Origin: Paragordius varius
Lineage: Eukaryota; Animalia; Nematomorpha
DNA length: 64,000 nt
Direction of reading: 5' to 3'
Assembly: GCA_964247055.1 (NCBI GenBank)
Contig: OZ176054.1
Coordinates: 6,076,001-6,140,000, forward strand
Shown: positions 1 to 11,997 of the stretch, in pieces
Layout: each line of letters starts with the position of its first letter
How positions within the stretch are numbered: position 1 is the first letter of the stretch
The notes under the pieces: model-generated
What the model saw: only the letters and a program-made list of their open reading frames with translations
What the model was told of the DNA's origin: nothing
The model's database searches: none
Program-made: the position numbers and the translations under genes

Positions 1-1040
1 AAATAGAATTTGAACATGACCCAAATTACTAAGCCTAACTTAGTTACCAACAGATATATTTGGGTGAACAAATATTTATTTTTAATAAAATATTAAAAAA
101 AGCTGGTTAACGTCCCCTGGTTAAAGTAATGGACAATAAAAAATATTATACAAGTTATATGCCTTGAGCAAAAACTCGTAATCGTCTGTATGCTTGATAC
201 CATTGGAATATATTTAATATGAGGGCATTTTTTAGTTTTTACATTGGTGATTAAATCTTTTCGAAATCAAATATTATTATGCCATATGTCTCAAATTACC
301 ATAAATTATTTTTAAAATTTATTAATGGCGACTGTTAATTTTTTGGATGTTATTAGCAAGCCTAAAAAGGTAAAAAAATTTTATACATAATGCATGAACG
401 TTAGCAGCGCAATTTAATTAAATTATATAACAAATTTTACGTATAAAATTATGAAATCATCTTAAGCGCTTTCAAAGTGAGCTGAATATATTTTATTGAA
501 TACACAAAACTATTGTTTGGTAAAACATTAATTAAAACACAAATATAAAATAAAATTGGAATTAGTATTCAATTATATGGGTGTAAGTTGCCAAAATTTT
601 GGCTTGGACTTAAACTCTGTTGATCAAAAATTAGAGCCAAATTACTCACCAATTTATGTTTGAAAACGTGAAATATCACTTTGGATATGAATTTAAGTTT
701 AGAGACTCATTTATTCTTTTTAGGGGTAAGGACATAAATTATATCAGGATTTGTGCAAGCTTTAACCCTCCAGGGATGACCTTCCATATAGTGTGGGAAA
801 GCGCCCTACCTAGCAAACAATACCGCCTTTAATAATCTCTCTGGATAAAGTATCAATTTGGAGCATAAATCAAATTAAGTCTTTTCAACATTTGCGCTTC
901 AAATCCGTCATGGCCAAAGCAGAATTCAAATCATGAAATATAAACAAACCATGACTTGTCATATAAAAGTGAGACCTTAAAGTGCCGTATAATGAGTCCA
1001 AGACTCTTTTGCGAAAAATAAAATGTCAATGGCTTTACAT

Positions 1041-1907
1041 CAGGGCTTCGAATTCGGCCGAAAAAAGTGAAACCGGAAACAATAATGGTCGGTTCTAAAA
1101 TATAAACCGGTTGACCCGGAACCGGATTAGTTAAATTAGTGGTTCGGGAATCGTTTTTGACATATAAAACCGGTTCCTAAGCTGGCTGACATTTGATATA
1201 GCAAAATAAATTTTACATTTAAAAATCTAGCACAAAGGTAATGGAGTATATACTCTATTATTATTATTATTATCACATTTTTAGAAAAATTTCTATGGTT
1301 TAAAAAATTTAACCTTAGCGATTCCGATGTTGTCAAATACTCGAAATTAAAACAAGGGGATAGCTTCGTTCCGATAGTCATCTATTTAAAATCGGGATAG
1401 GTTATCTCCTAATTTTACTCGTTTCCAATACACTATCATACGGTTATTTTTCAGATATGATGCCCTGTAACATACTCATTTGCAACAGTTTTGTATTACA
1501 ATATGATCGTATGAATGTTGTATTGGGTAATAATATTTATAATTTATTAGCTGTCCAATAATTAAGCTATCTCCATATTAATACGTTTATAGACTCTATA
1601 TATATAAATAGGGAGCCAACTGTCATAATTAGCTCATTTTTGATCACAGGTCTATGGTTTAAAATATGATTTTGAACGGGGCTTTAAAATCAAAAATCCA
1701 TCGTAACATAGGAGTGATTTCAGATGAATCAGAAATTTATCACACGATATATTATTTTAATAAAGTATTTTAAACAATTTTAAAATTTCTTTTTTACAAA
1801 AGAAAAACTTATTTGGCCTTTGTAGCCGAAACCAAGTTAATTCCATCCCAACAGAACCGGTTTCTGCTAAAATCAAAACTGACAGTTCTGCGGGTTTCGA
1901 AGCCGTG
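1041..1907. mobile_element. Non-autonomous hAT-like DNA transposon remnant (about 870 bp)
   Basis: Terminal inverted repeat CAGGGCTTCGAA (1041-1052) versus TTCGAAGCCGTG (1896-1907), 11/12 match. Clusters of subterminal AACCGG/CCGGTT motifs at both ends. No clean 8-bp TSD (ctttacat vs tttgaaat). Confidence 0.55.
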
Positions 1908-2241
1908 TTTGAAATTAAATTTAAGATAAAATTCATATGCTAAAAATATAAAATATTAAAAACTAAAAAAGTTTAAACTTTAAACTAAATTATCAAAAAA
2001 AATTTTAGGCAATGTTGGTTGCGTAAATTATAAATACAATCCAATCTCGTTATGACCTATTATTTTTTTTCTCTTTTTACTATTAGCCAATATTACTGCT
2101 TTTTGCTGCATATTATCGGCAATATGCAATAAAAAACTAGCAATGTAAACTTATTCATACCGTAATTAACACACACGAGTAGGCAATTAAATATGAACAC
2201 ACAAGTAGATTATTAATCACACAGCAATATTATGAATTCGT

Positions 2242-5200
2242 TTACCTAGGATCTATGTCTTCCAGTTCAGTTTCAAAGCCGGTGTAAGGGGATAAAACTA
2301 ATTCAATGTAATGATCCCGTTCTATTTGAACCATGAGCTCCCATTTTGGGATATTTTGTAATACATATTGATGGATAGGATTAAGTTCTGATATTAGCGA
2401 AGTATTGGATTCGTTTGTTTGTGTGGAAATAATGTTAAAATTTTTATCATTCTTCTCATTGGACGTGAAAAGTAATGGGTTGTATATACCCAAAAGTATA
2501 ACTTTTTCTCCAAAGAATTGTGTGGTATGAGTAAAAAGTTGGAAATAGAAGTTATCTATCACAAGGGTGGGATCACAGCTATTTTCTGTAAAAAAAATGG
2601 GTATTTAATCATTATATGTAAAAATACGGCATTTTTAATTTTATCGCTTGTTTAAATAAATCTGATAAAAAATTAATTGTGCGTAATTTCTCAAAATATA
2701 TCACGTATTGCATGAAATGATGTAAATCTAAATATGCGGGATCTTTATATATAAATATTTATAATTAAGCCATTGTAGGCATGGGTGAAACTAATATTTT
2801 TAGATAGAAGGATGGTAATACAAAAGTATTTTGGAGTCAAACACATATAGGCCCAAATAAATTACATAAACAGAACAACGAATCACAATTTTTAAGGCCT
2901 TATATAATTAACAAGTAATTTTGTAATGCTACTTTATTAACCTTATATCAGTTTCTAATAGAAAAATTTTATATCACTTAACTACAGAAATAAAACCTAA
3001 AACAAACATCATGGAGATAATTCTAAAAAGAAAGTTAACATATTTTGGTCATGTCATGCGATCGAATTCTCTGGAGAAAGATACAATGTTTGGGAAGGTA
3101 GAAGGGCAAAGGAAACGAGGCCGACCACCGATGAGGTGGTTGGATATGATAAAAGAAGAGACCAAAATGACACTGAAAGAGCTCAATATAGCGGTTAAAG
3201 ATAGAAAAAAATGGAAAGAAATAGTTAAAACTATATCCAAAAAGTCGTTTACGACTTAGGAAAAACCAACCAACCAAGCGTTTAATATGATCACTACTGT
3301 TTAGCAAGATACAATATCGTCATTTAAACCTCTCATCAACCTAACATTAATTTACAAATATTAATACTTGTCGATTATAGATTATATATCATACATGTAA
3401 CGATTTCACCTTATTTTCACTCTTTGGCCTTTGATAATACAAAAGAAGTAATAATTAGAGGCATACATTGCAAATATTAAAGCCAAAACATGTCACTATT
3501 TATACTAAAATATATTAACTTATCATAGATTGGGCTGCAGTGTAACCCATGTGATAAGCTTGATCCCATAATCTCATTTGAAACCAATTTGGCGACATTG
3601 TGTTGTTTGCGTTGCTATAATTTTCAGCATGATTGTTAATTACATAACTTGGGTAATATGTGCAAACATCCCCGGCAGCATATATGTTTGGAAGGGAAGT
3701 TTTGAAGCTTTCATCAACCTGGATTCCATAACCATCAAAAGAACATGTTTTGGGCTGAAATAAAAAATATTTTAGATTTGTTTTAAATAAATTTGACTTT
3801 ACCGAAATGTTATCTGCAATAAATTATTTTATAATCGATATTATCGATTGTGTTTCAAACTTTTTTAGAGATGTTTTTTTCAATTTCTTTTTTATCTGAT
3901 ACAGAAGGGTTTTATTCTTCTTTTAAGAAATCTATTAATCATTTTTTGTCATTTAAACAAGAAACTGCCAGTCATACGTCAATTCTATTTTTGTGCGAAC
4001 TTTTTTATTAAAGACTTGTCTTTTTCTAGTAATACCCTTTTTAAAAAATTTTGCGGATTTTGTTGTCAAAGACTATTATTTACTTTTTTTAGTAATACCC
4101 TTTTTTTAAATTGAAACTATCAACATGTTTTTCTGTTTCATTAAAATGATAATAATTATAGCTAAATAAGAACATCTTAACTGAATTGGTTATTAAGGTA
4201 AAATTCACAAAAATATAATAATAAATTCGGTTTTCAAACACATAATTAGATTATAAATATTTCAATAAAGTATTTTAACCCCCCCATAATGAACTTTTCC
4301 AAATAAACACTGGATATAAACTAATTTGAACATTCTAAATATCATGCATCCCGATTAAGAACCCCAAAATTTTTTAATCGCTTAAAGTTGAGAGCCAATA
4401 ATAAAAATGGTATTAATTATTTTTATTATTTTTTTAAATATATGTGGAATATTAATTGTTATATTCAAAATATTTCATTTTATAAATTTATCAAAAAGAG
4501 TCATTATGCGGTATTATGACATGTTTTTCCTAGAAGATCATTGTGGGGAGTCACTGTAAGCCTAATTTAAAACTGCGGATTTTTTTTCGCATAAAATATT
4601 TTTTAGTAGTATTTTGTGTGATCCAGACGGAATTAAACTACCTTTCAAAATTAGCGTGAAATATGAATATAGATTAAGGCCTATGTGAATGAATCACAGG
4701 ACTACTAATCGAGGTGAATGAGCCTTACTCATCGCGTAAAAATGGAGGAATTTTGGAGTCTGGTTTATTCAAGATTAAGGATATTACAAAAGCGTATATC
4801 TCGAGAACTAGAAAGAATTTTTGGAAGCTGACTGTATTAAATTATTTAATCTCTGTCTCTGATGGGTTATGTAAATATTGGACATGTATCAAAAAAATAT
4901 TTTTCGGGCAAATGATTACTAAAGGTTATAAGTGCTTTATTTTTATAAATTTAGGCAAGAATTGTTAGATAAAAGAGTTTATAAGCAAATCTTTCAACTG
5001 AATATTTATAATATCCTTAAATATTATAACTGCAGATATATTTTATGTCATATAAAATTTTTTCATCATCACTTAAAACTATTCTAAATGGTAATATCAT
5101 CTGGAACACTATCGAGTATTTTAAAATTTGGTTTATTTTATACATGTATCTATGCCATACTTATGATAATGGGATGGTATATCTTTGTATGGTATTTAAG

Positions 5201-7598
5201 GCATCTAAAAGCGAGAGGTAAAGCAAACCCTATGTCAGAAGATCAGACAGCTCCTATATCTAATAGTTAGGCAGAGATAGATCGGAGAAACAAATAATAA
5301 GCCACTATTTTATTAATACTTTATTTTACACAATAAATGAATATATTTTTTATATAAATATCAAAATTATATTTATAACATATAGCGATCATCCCTCGGT
5401 TGCTTAGTATCTCAAATCCGTCATTTCTTTGGCTAAAGCCTTTCAGTTCTTAAGCCTATCGCCATTGCTAAAAATATTTACGGTATTCATAAAGATGCCC
5501 GGATATCTATAAATTATTTAAACAAAACTTTTTATTAAGACCCACATATAAATCGTAAGTAGAACTGTTTTCCATGATATTGATAAAGATTTTCGAAAAT
5601 TCCGCCTCAAAAACTGAATTACCTCCCTCAAACATATGTTTTCTCATGATCCAATTCAGGTGATTGAGCTTAAAAATAAGCTCCTTCACATGGCCCCAAT
5701 AAATCTAATTTAAAACCATTTTTATCGGTATGGGTTAAAACTCTAATGTTTAATATGTGCCTTTGAAATAATTTAGTTAAAACGTGATTTTTATTATACA
5801 GAAAAGACAAAAACAAAGATTTTATAAGTTATAAAAAATAAACACTTACCGATTCTGGTGAAAATTCTATGTCTTTAGAATTAGGTAAGACACCAGTGGC
5901 ATTAATGAGGAAATCACATGTTAAGCTTTGACCGTTGGACAATGACACCAATAAATTATCTAATGTGCGATAAAAAAATATTTGTTATGCATGAATAAAA
6001 TTAACACAAAAAATTTAAACCAGAGAGTCGCATTTATGACTCGATAATTCAACGGGCCCCATTCGAAATATATATGGGCATTCTATAGATATTTTTAAAC
6101 AAAGTTGGTGTTTAAAAATAAGGTTTGATGGAACACCATCGTAAACTATCCAGCTTTTTGTAAAATAAGTATTTATTAATACAACTTTTTATAGCAAACA
6201 GACAAAGGCTGTAAAAAATAACGAACACAATATAACCATAATCTAACAATCTTAGCTAGTTCATGGATAAAATTCTAAATTACAGAAATCATGCTTAGAA
6301 ATATCCATTTTACTTTCTTTTAACATTTTTAATTATAAAATTTTGTGACTGGTAATCGAAAGCATGGACACTCTTGGTCTAAATTAATCACAAAAAATAA
6401 TTATAATTTAAAAAATTGTCATAATTTTACCTTTCATCCCGGGAACAATGTTTATAATTTCAGCATTCGTAATAAGTTGCACTGAAGAGTTTTCGTTATC
6501 TGCCAAATTTCCTCTGATATTAAGGTTCATATGCCAATTAGGGCCTAATGCACTTCCATATGTTGTTGATACCTTTAATTCGTTTGTTTGGCTTTCACTG
6601 ATCTTAATAGAATCTTGCGGAATAGTACTATAAAACAAAAAAATATTACAGAATGAATCTTTTCTTACAAGAAAATGAATTTCAAAAGGTTAACGACTAA
6701 AATACTTGATTAGGGTTACATATTCATAGAATTCAGATGGCATTTTAACAAAAAAAAATAAAAAAAACAATTTCATGTAAACCGAAAATTTCGAGTTGGA
6801 TTAAAATTTTTTTATAACGATATTCACAAAATAAATTTTATCCCGGTTAGGTAAAAACAGTTATGATTTAACGAATTTTTTACAAAAAATAAATATTTAT
6901 CATAAAATTTAATTATATACTTATAGGGTTGTATACCATTTCTTAATCTAAAAAAGTTGGCAGAACCGTCTGTTAAAAATCTTCTTGATATAGTTTCGTC
7001 CTTGATTATCCATATTATCTGACAATATCATATAATATACCTGGCAATTTTTAATTTTATAAACAAGCTCCGTAGCTATTCCACCATTTCCAGCTATACA
7101 AATAGATTTTGCACATTTTGTTTTATTAATTAAATTTTCAACGGTAGTGTTGTCTCTTAAAACTAAAATGTTGCCGTAAATGCTATCTGTGGATATATTA
7201 CATGGAATTTTCTTTGGCGAACTACCCGTGCATATACAAAGAGCATATTTGTATTTAATGGCATGCTTAGCAGTTTGTATCTGAATTTAATTGTTTTATA
7301 AACTTCTTTGGATAATGAGTTAATTTTGGTTACCTTATCGATGTAGATGTCTATTAGAGAATGCGCCTGATTATATAAATTATAATCTAATTCAACCACA
7401 TCAAATGTTTCAATATATTTTGATAACTAATAATTATATATTTATACCAACTTTAAAATAATTGCAAACTTTCTTGATGAGAGGGGTGACACTAATAAGT
7501 GCAATTCTCTTCTTTGCCAATGACTCTAAAGTTTCAGCACATGTTACGGCAGAGACCCCACCTCCAATTACTACAAAATCATATGTGATCACTTTCAT
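2242..7598 (-). CDS. PYROXD1: Pyridine nucleotide-disulfide oxidoreductase domain-containing protein 1 (8 exons found; C-terminal end uncertain)
   Basis: Exons: 7598-7452, 7426-7304, 7280-7041, 7018-6921, 6627-6431, 5959-5850, 3754-3520, 2585-2242; splice phases are consistent. The spliced translation contains [15 protein letters not shown] (FAD-binding), [65 protein letters not shown] and [22 protein letters not shown], collinear with human PYROXD1 as I recall it. Confidence 0.92.
3011..3277 (+). mobile_element. 5'-truncated RTE-clade non-LTR retrotransposon (LINE) 3' end, inside a PYROXD1 intron
   Basis: [46 protein letters not shown] is the characteristic C-terminus of RTE/BovB-type ORFs. 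The stop is followed directly by a short (AACC)n tail at about 3264-3277. Confidence 0.85.
5088..5270 (+). CDS. Candidate 60-aa single-pass membrane microprotein, antisense within a PYROXD1 intron
   Basis: ATG-to-TAG ORF with a hydrophobic stretch ([27 protein letters not shown]), then a basic stop-transfer patch (RHLKARGK) and a polar tail. No expression evidence. Confidence 0.35.
   Translation: MVISSGTLSSILKFGLFYTCIYAILMIMGWYIFVWYLRHLKARGKANPMSEDQTAPISNS
5380..5700 (-). mobile_element. Highly degenerate hAT-type transposase fragment
   Basis: Minus-strand translation, interrupted by stops, includes KQPRDDRY, resembling the QPRDDY motif of some hAT transposases. A related sequence (tcaaatccgtcat...) occurs at about 897-930. 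Confidence 0.3.
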
Positions 7599-8275
7599 TC
7601 TGTAACCTGATGTGCTGGTATCGCAAATGCCAAATGCATCTATATGAACAATTAATTTTTAAATTAAGATACGTAATGTCATCGTGGACAAAAAAGTCAA
7701 AAGGTCATGAAGTGTGAAAACTACATGCGTTTAATTGGTCTATAATATCGTAGAAAGTTTTAAATATTTCAATTGCATGAAAAATTAATAATTATGTTCA
7801 ATTAACAAAAGAAAAAATTGATTAAATTTTATTGCAAATTAAAATCCATTTTACCAGAAAAATATCTTGGCTGCTGCCTTGATATTTTTGTATTTTATAT
7901 TAGCAGTTTTGATAATATATTTTTAAATAAACATAAATTTTTAATTGAACCAATTTTTTATTTTTTAACATTTTTTAAAGCACTTTTGCGTAACGAAAAA
8001 AGCGTGTTGGACATCCCTGATCTATACCACGGTTTTTTATTTTTGACAAAAATTATATGATACATTGGCTAGAAAGATTCCATATTTTGACATATGATTG
8101 AAATTTACATGTGTGCTTCTGGGTGTATAATAAAAAATTTTGAAATTAACGACGCGTTTTTGAAAAGCAATATTTTAAAAAATATGTTGAAAAAATTTGT
8201 ATCCTAGGCTTTTCTGCGTTAAAAAAACACTAACTCACATTAACGGATTTAAAATGTGTAACTATGCGTCTTATC

Positions 8276-9583
8276 CAGTGGTACTCAAACCGCGGCCCTA
8301 AGAGTGCTTTAAAATTGCCCTAATAAATTTTTAAAATACACAAACGAATTTTCGTTTATTTTAATATTAATTTATTTCTTTAGATTTTATTTTGATTTTT
8401 ATTTTTTACCCATTAAGAGGTAGAAATTCCCTGCATTAAAAGGATTTCAAAATTTTGGCACACATTGTTTCTGTTTCTGTTAAATTTTTACTGCATTCCT
8501 TTTGTGTATTTAAAAGCCTTTGACCCAAACTTGCATATACATATTCTTTTCATTGCTATCCTGCATCATTTATATAACTCATTTCCATAAAATATTATTC
8601 AAAACAACATCATTAAATTTCGACCCGCTTTTTTAGCATAATTCAAATTATATTCCTATTTTTTAAAAAACATAATATTTAAACATAAATTCAAAGGATG
8701 ACATCTAATGCTAGAAAACGTAATTTATCCGATGAAAATCGCTTCTTTAAAAAAGAATGGAAGAAAAATTATTTATCGTTTTAATGTTGTTACCTGCATA
8801 TATGTAAGGATAACATAATATAAAAAAATACAATATTGAAAAACATTTTACAATCCATCACCAGAAAATCATGAGGAAAGAAACGAAAAATATAAAAATA
8901 AGGAATTATATTAGAAAGAAAATCTATTATGTCCATAGCGTTCCTCCAGATATTTTCCAACACTTAAAACAATTCATGAAGAAAATATGGAATTTACCGC
9001 GGAGATTAATTGAATAGACAATCATTTATAATTATCAAATGAGAAATTTGGATTTCAAGAAAAATCTGCTTAAAACTCGTTGAAAATCCATGGCTATGGA
9101 TATATTTATAATTAAACAACTTGAGCTTCTCGGTTTTGATCAGGCGCATATCATAGATAAATTCGTAGATTTTTAAAGATTCCGATTTGCTCAAATTATC
9201 CTAACTGCTTTCCCCTTCAACTTAGAACGTGTGAGACGGCATATTCATAAATGAAGTATGTCAAGAATACATACAGAAATCGCTTAATCGATGCTCATAT
9301 GGACGTATTAAGACTGACCTGTCATGAGGCGAAACCAAATTTGTCAAAAATTATTGGTTGATATCCAAATAATTGTTGTTATCAAAATTATTATTTTTTT
9401 AAACTAAATGGTGCAAAACGAGTTTTTAGCTAGATTTAAATGCGATCTGCAAAAAATTTATTGTGCTTATAAATATGTGCATATGTGTCAAATAGCTTTG
9501 GAATATTTGCGATTATAAGGTTCATGGCCCTCGAAAAAAATATACTTTATTTGGCCCGCCAAATTTTTTGGTGAGTACCACTG
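8276..9583 (+). mobile_element. Internally deleted hAT transposon (Buster/Charlie/SPIN-like), about 1.3 kb
   Basis: Perfect 12-bp TIR CAGTGGTACTCA (8276) / TGAGTACCACTG (ending 9583). Near-TSD tcttat-c / tcttatac. Broken transposase pieces: N-terminal RKRNLSDENRFFKKEWKKNY (about 8710) and C-terminal dimerisation-domain-like ETAYS*MKYVKNTYRNRLIDAHMD (about 9230-9310). Confidence 0.8.
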
Positions 9584-10214
9584 TCTTATACCATACTAGC
9601 TGGCCTTGTCAAGCTTCGCTGACTTAGCTTCATCAATAATTATTTTTATTGCAATAAATAGAAAATAATTAAACCTAACATTATTTCAATAAAAAGAATG
9701 GCTAAATCATTCTTCGGGGTTTTGCATACCTTTCAATATTGTACCCGTACAAAATTATTCATATTATAATTGACCCTTATTAAAGTTCCTATTCAACTAT
9801 CATTGGATTTATTAAAATTATTAACAAAATATTCAAATGCTTTATTAGGAGATTGCTTTCGCCTATATGAAACTGAATTCATTGGATTAAAAAAGATAAT
9901 ATATCCCATTTATAAGAGAAAGTATGAGAATATGAATATACGAATCCTTAAAATTTACGATATCATAATTTGGTGGCGTATCTTATATATAAAAAAGCGC
10001 TCAGCAATCAAATAAGTAAGATCGGTAAAAGAATTAATATTTTTATATGCCGAAAAATATATTTTTATGAATATTTTTTGCAAAAAAACGTGATTTTAAA
10101 CTAGCAGCTAATTATAGTGGCTATCAAAACAGCAGCTTTGCCAATTTAAATATATTTAATGTTATTAAAAATGCCTTTATTTATATAAAAATAGTAAGAT
10201 TAATAATTCCCAAA

Positions 10215-10672
10215 AAATATAAGAATTAAGACATATAAATAATCGGAAATTTTGCAATTATTATAGAAATGCATCAGTATATCCAACATCATTATCAATT
10301 AATATTCCAATCGAGGATTCAATGGGTCGCTTACCTGCTGGGGTTAGCAAACCTATCTTTACACAATGTTCTTTTCGTACAAACAAATGCCTTGGATTAG
10401 CTTTCTGCTAGAATACCAGTTCATTATATTTTGATCCCGTTGAATATTATTTGCGCCCGCACGAAAAGTTAAAAACACAGTATAACTTAGCTCATGTTCT
10501 CCATTAGGCACTTTGTCGTGATAAATATTTTGTGCGTTTTAGATGGCATCATCGATTGTGGTTTTAAATGAGGGCACTAAGTTATTTTATCGAAATAGGT
10601 TCTACAGTGGAGTATAACACAATGCACACAAAAAATTATCTCGATATATATATAATCCGATAGAAAGTATCA
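10215..10672. repeat. Copy 1 of a roughly 460-bp direct repeat, abutting the 5' LTR
   Basis: Matches 14998-15471; the central roughly 215 bp (about 10374-10588) are identical by eye and the ends are more diverged. Confidence 0.9.
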
Positions 10673-10936
10673 TGATAGATTAGAATACATCAAGTTAGCT
10701 AACCTTAGACGAGACCAATTTATATATTAGATTTAAATACATTTTGATAACCTTTTATATATGAGTTAAACTATTGTATCAATTTTGTATTTAACCTGCA
10801 CACGTTATTTAACCTTGGTTTACATGTAAATATTATATTTACAAAAAGTATATAAACATCGCAAACTGTATATAGTTTAGTTTTTGCATTTTATCTCAAT
10901 AAATATTATTGTTTTACGGTTTCTCGATTTCCTACA
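10673..10936 (+). repeat. 5' LTR (264 bp)
   Basis: TGATAGATTAG...CCTACA; 7 substitutions versus the 3' LTR counted by eye (about 97% identity); contains AATAAA near its 3' end. Confidence 0.95.
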
Positions 10937-10938
10937 TT

Positions 10939-10950
10939 TGGCGCGGTCGA
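10939..10950 (+). promoter_or_regulatory. Primer binding site of the LTR element
   Basis: TGGCGCGGTCGA starts 2 nt after the 5' LTR. TGG is complementary to the tRNA CCA end; the rest loosely resembles a tRNA-Ser-type PBS (assignment tentative). Confidence 0.7.
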
Positions 10951-10975
10951 TTTTTTTACCTTATTACATTCGCGC

Positions 10976-11956
10976 ATGGAGAAATTAAGTCTGGAAGCCT
11001 ATGATCCCGCAACTAGCTTTCCTGATTATATCGATTATATAAAGAGAATGTTAAAAGTGAAATTAATTCCAGAAGATGACGAAACACAAAAAAACTTATT
11101 ATTGGCCTACATTGGTCTATCCCATATTCCAAAGTTGAAGAAATTCTTTTATCCCGTACTGTTAGAGGAAGTGGGCTGGGATGCATTGCTAGCAGCTGGG
11201 AAAAAAATATTTGCTCCGACATACAATGTGTTTGCAGCCAGGTTCCAGTTTACGCAACTCCGGAGGGAAGCCACGGAATCAGTGATGGATTTTCCGATTC
11301 GAGTAAAGGAATGTGCTGCCCGGTGCAACTTTGGGCAAGATGCAATGCTAAGAATCAGAGATGGGTTTGTGGGAGGGTTACAACTCAAAAGATTGGAAAT
11401 AGATCTGTTCACAAAATTTCCAGATGCAATGGATGATGGGAAACCGGTTATGTTGGAGATGGTGGAAATGGCAATGGCGCATGAAAAGGCGGATAGTTGT
11501 TTGATTGACCAGGGTCCCGACAATAGGCAGGTTATGATGATAAGAAAAAAATGTGGAAAATGTGGATACGTGCATGCGATCAACTGGTATCCCGCTTCAA
11601 ACAAGGAGTGTTACCGATGCAAAGGAGTTGGTCATTTTGGCAGGTGTTGCCGGCGCGTTAATATACTGAATGGTAACAATAATAATAATGAAGCCCGAAC
11701 GCAAGCAAGTCTGAATGGCCATTGGGTGAGGATGTTGTACGATACCGGAGCTCAAATATCATTGATTGGGAAAAGCACGTGGATGGAGATTGGAAGGCCG
11801 ACCTTAGCACCCGCGTGTCCAATAGTTGGGTTCAACCATCAAGGTGTAGAGGTGATGGGACAATGCGTGGTAGATGTGAAATGGAATGGTATGGTCAAAC
11901 AGTTGGAATGTATGGTTACTAAAATTTGGGGTAACATTTTGGGTTACCATAGATGA
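10976..11956 (+). CDS. Gag-protease of the Gypsy element
   Basis: Paired zinc knuckles (CGKCGYVH...CYRCKGVGHFGRCC; the first is degraded) and aspartic protease motif YDTGAQISLIG. Confidence 0.85.
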   Translation: MEKLSLEAYDPATSFPDYIDYIKRMLKVKLIPEDDETQKNLLLAYIGLSHIPKLKKFFYPVLLEEVGWDALLAAGKKIFAPTYNVFAARFQFTQLRREATESVMDFPIRVKECAARCNFGQDAMLRIRDGFVGGLQLKRLEIDLFTKFPDAMDDGKPVMLEMVEMAMAHEKADSCLIDQGPDNRQVMMIRKKCGKCGYVHAINWYPASNKECYRCKGVGHFGRCCRRVNILNGNNNNNEARTQASLNGHWVRMLYDTGAQISLIGKSTWMEIGRPTLAPACPIVGFNHQGVEVMGQCVVDVKWNGMVKQLECMVTKIWGNILGYHR

Positions 11957-11997
11957 AAAGCTTTGAATGCAGATTTCCAGAGCTGTATGTGTAAAAA

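Noticed and set aside
7163-7399. 78-aa ORF as a separate protein
   Set aside because: It is PYROXD1 exon 2 read through the 23-nt intron into the wrong frame of exon 3.
9770-10330. Possible degenerate GPCR pseudogene on the minus strand (YLYVLILIFLGIINLTIF..., LTYLIAERFF)
   Set aside because: Many stops and frameshifts; hydrophobic F/I/L-rich translations arise readily from AT-rich DNA, and two short motifs are not enough support.
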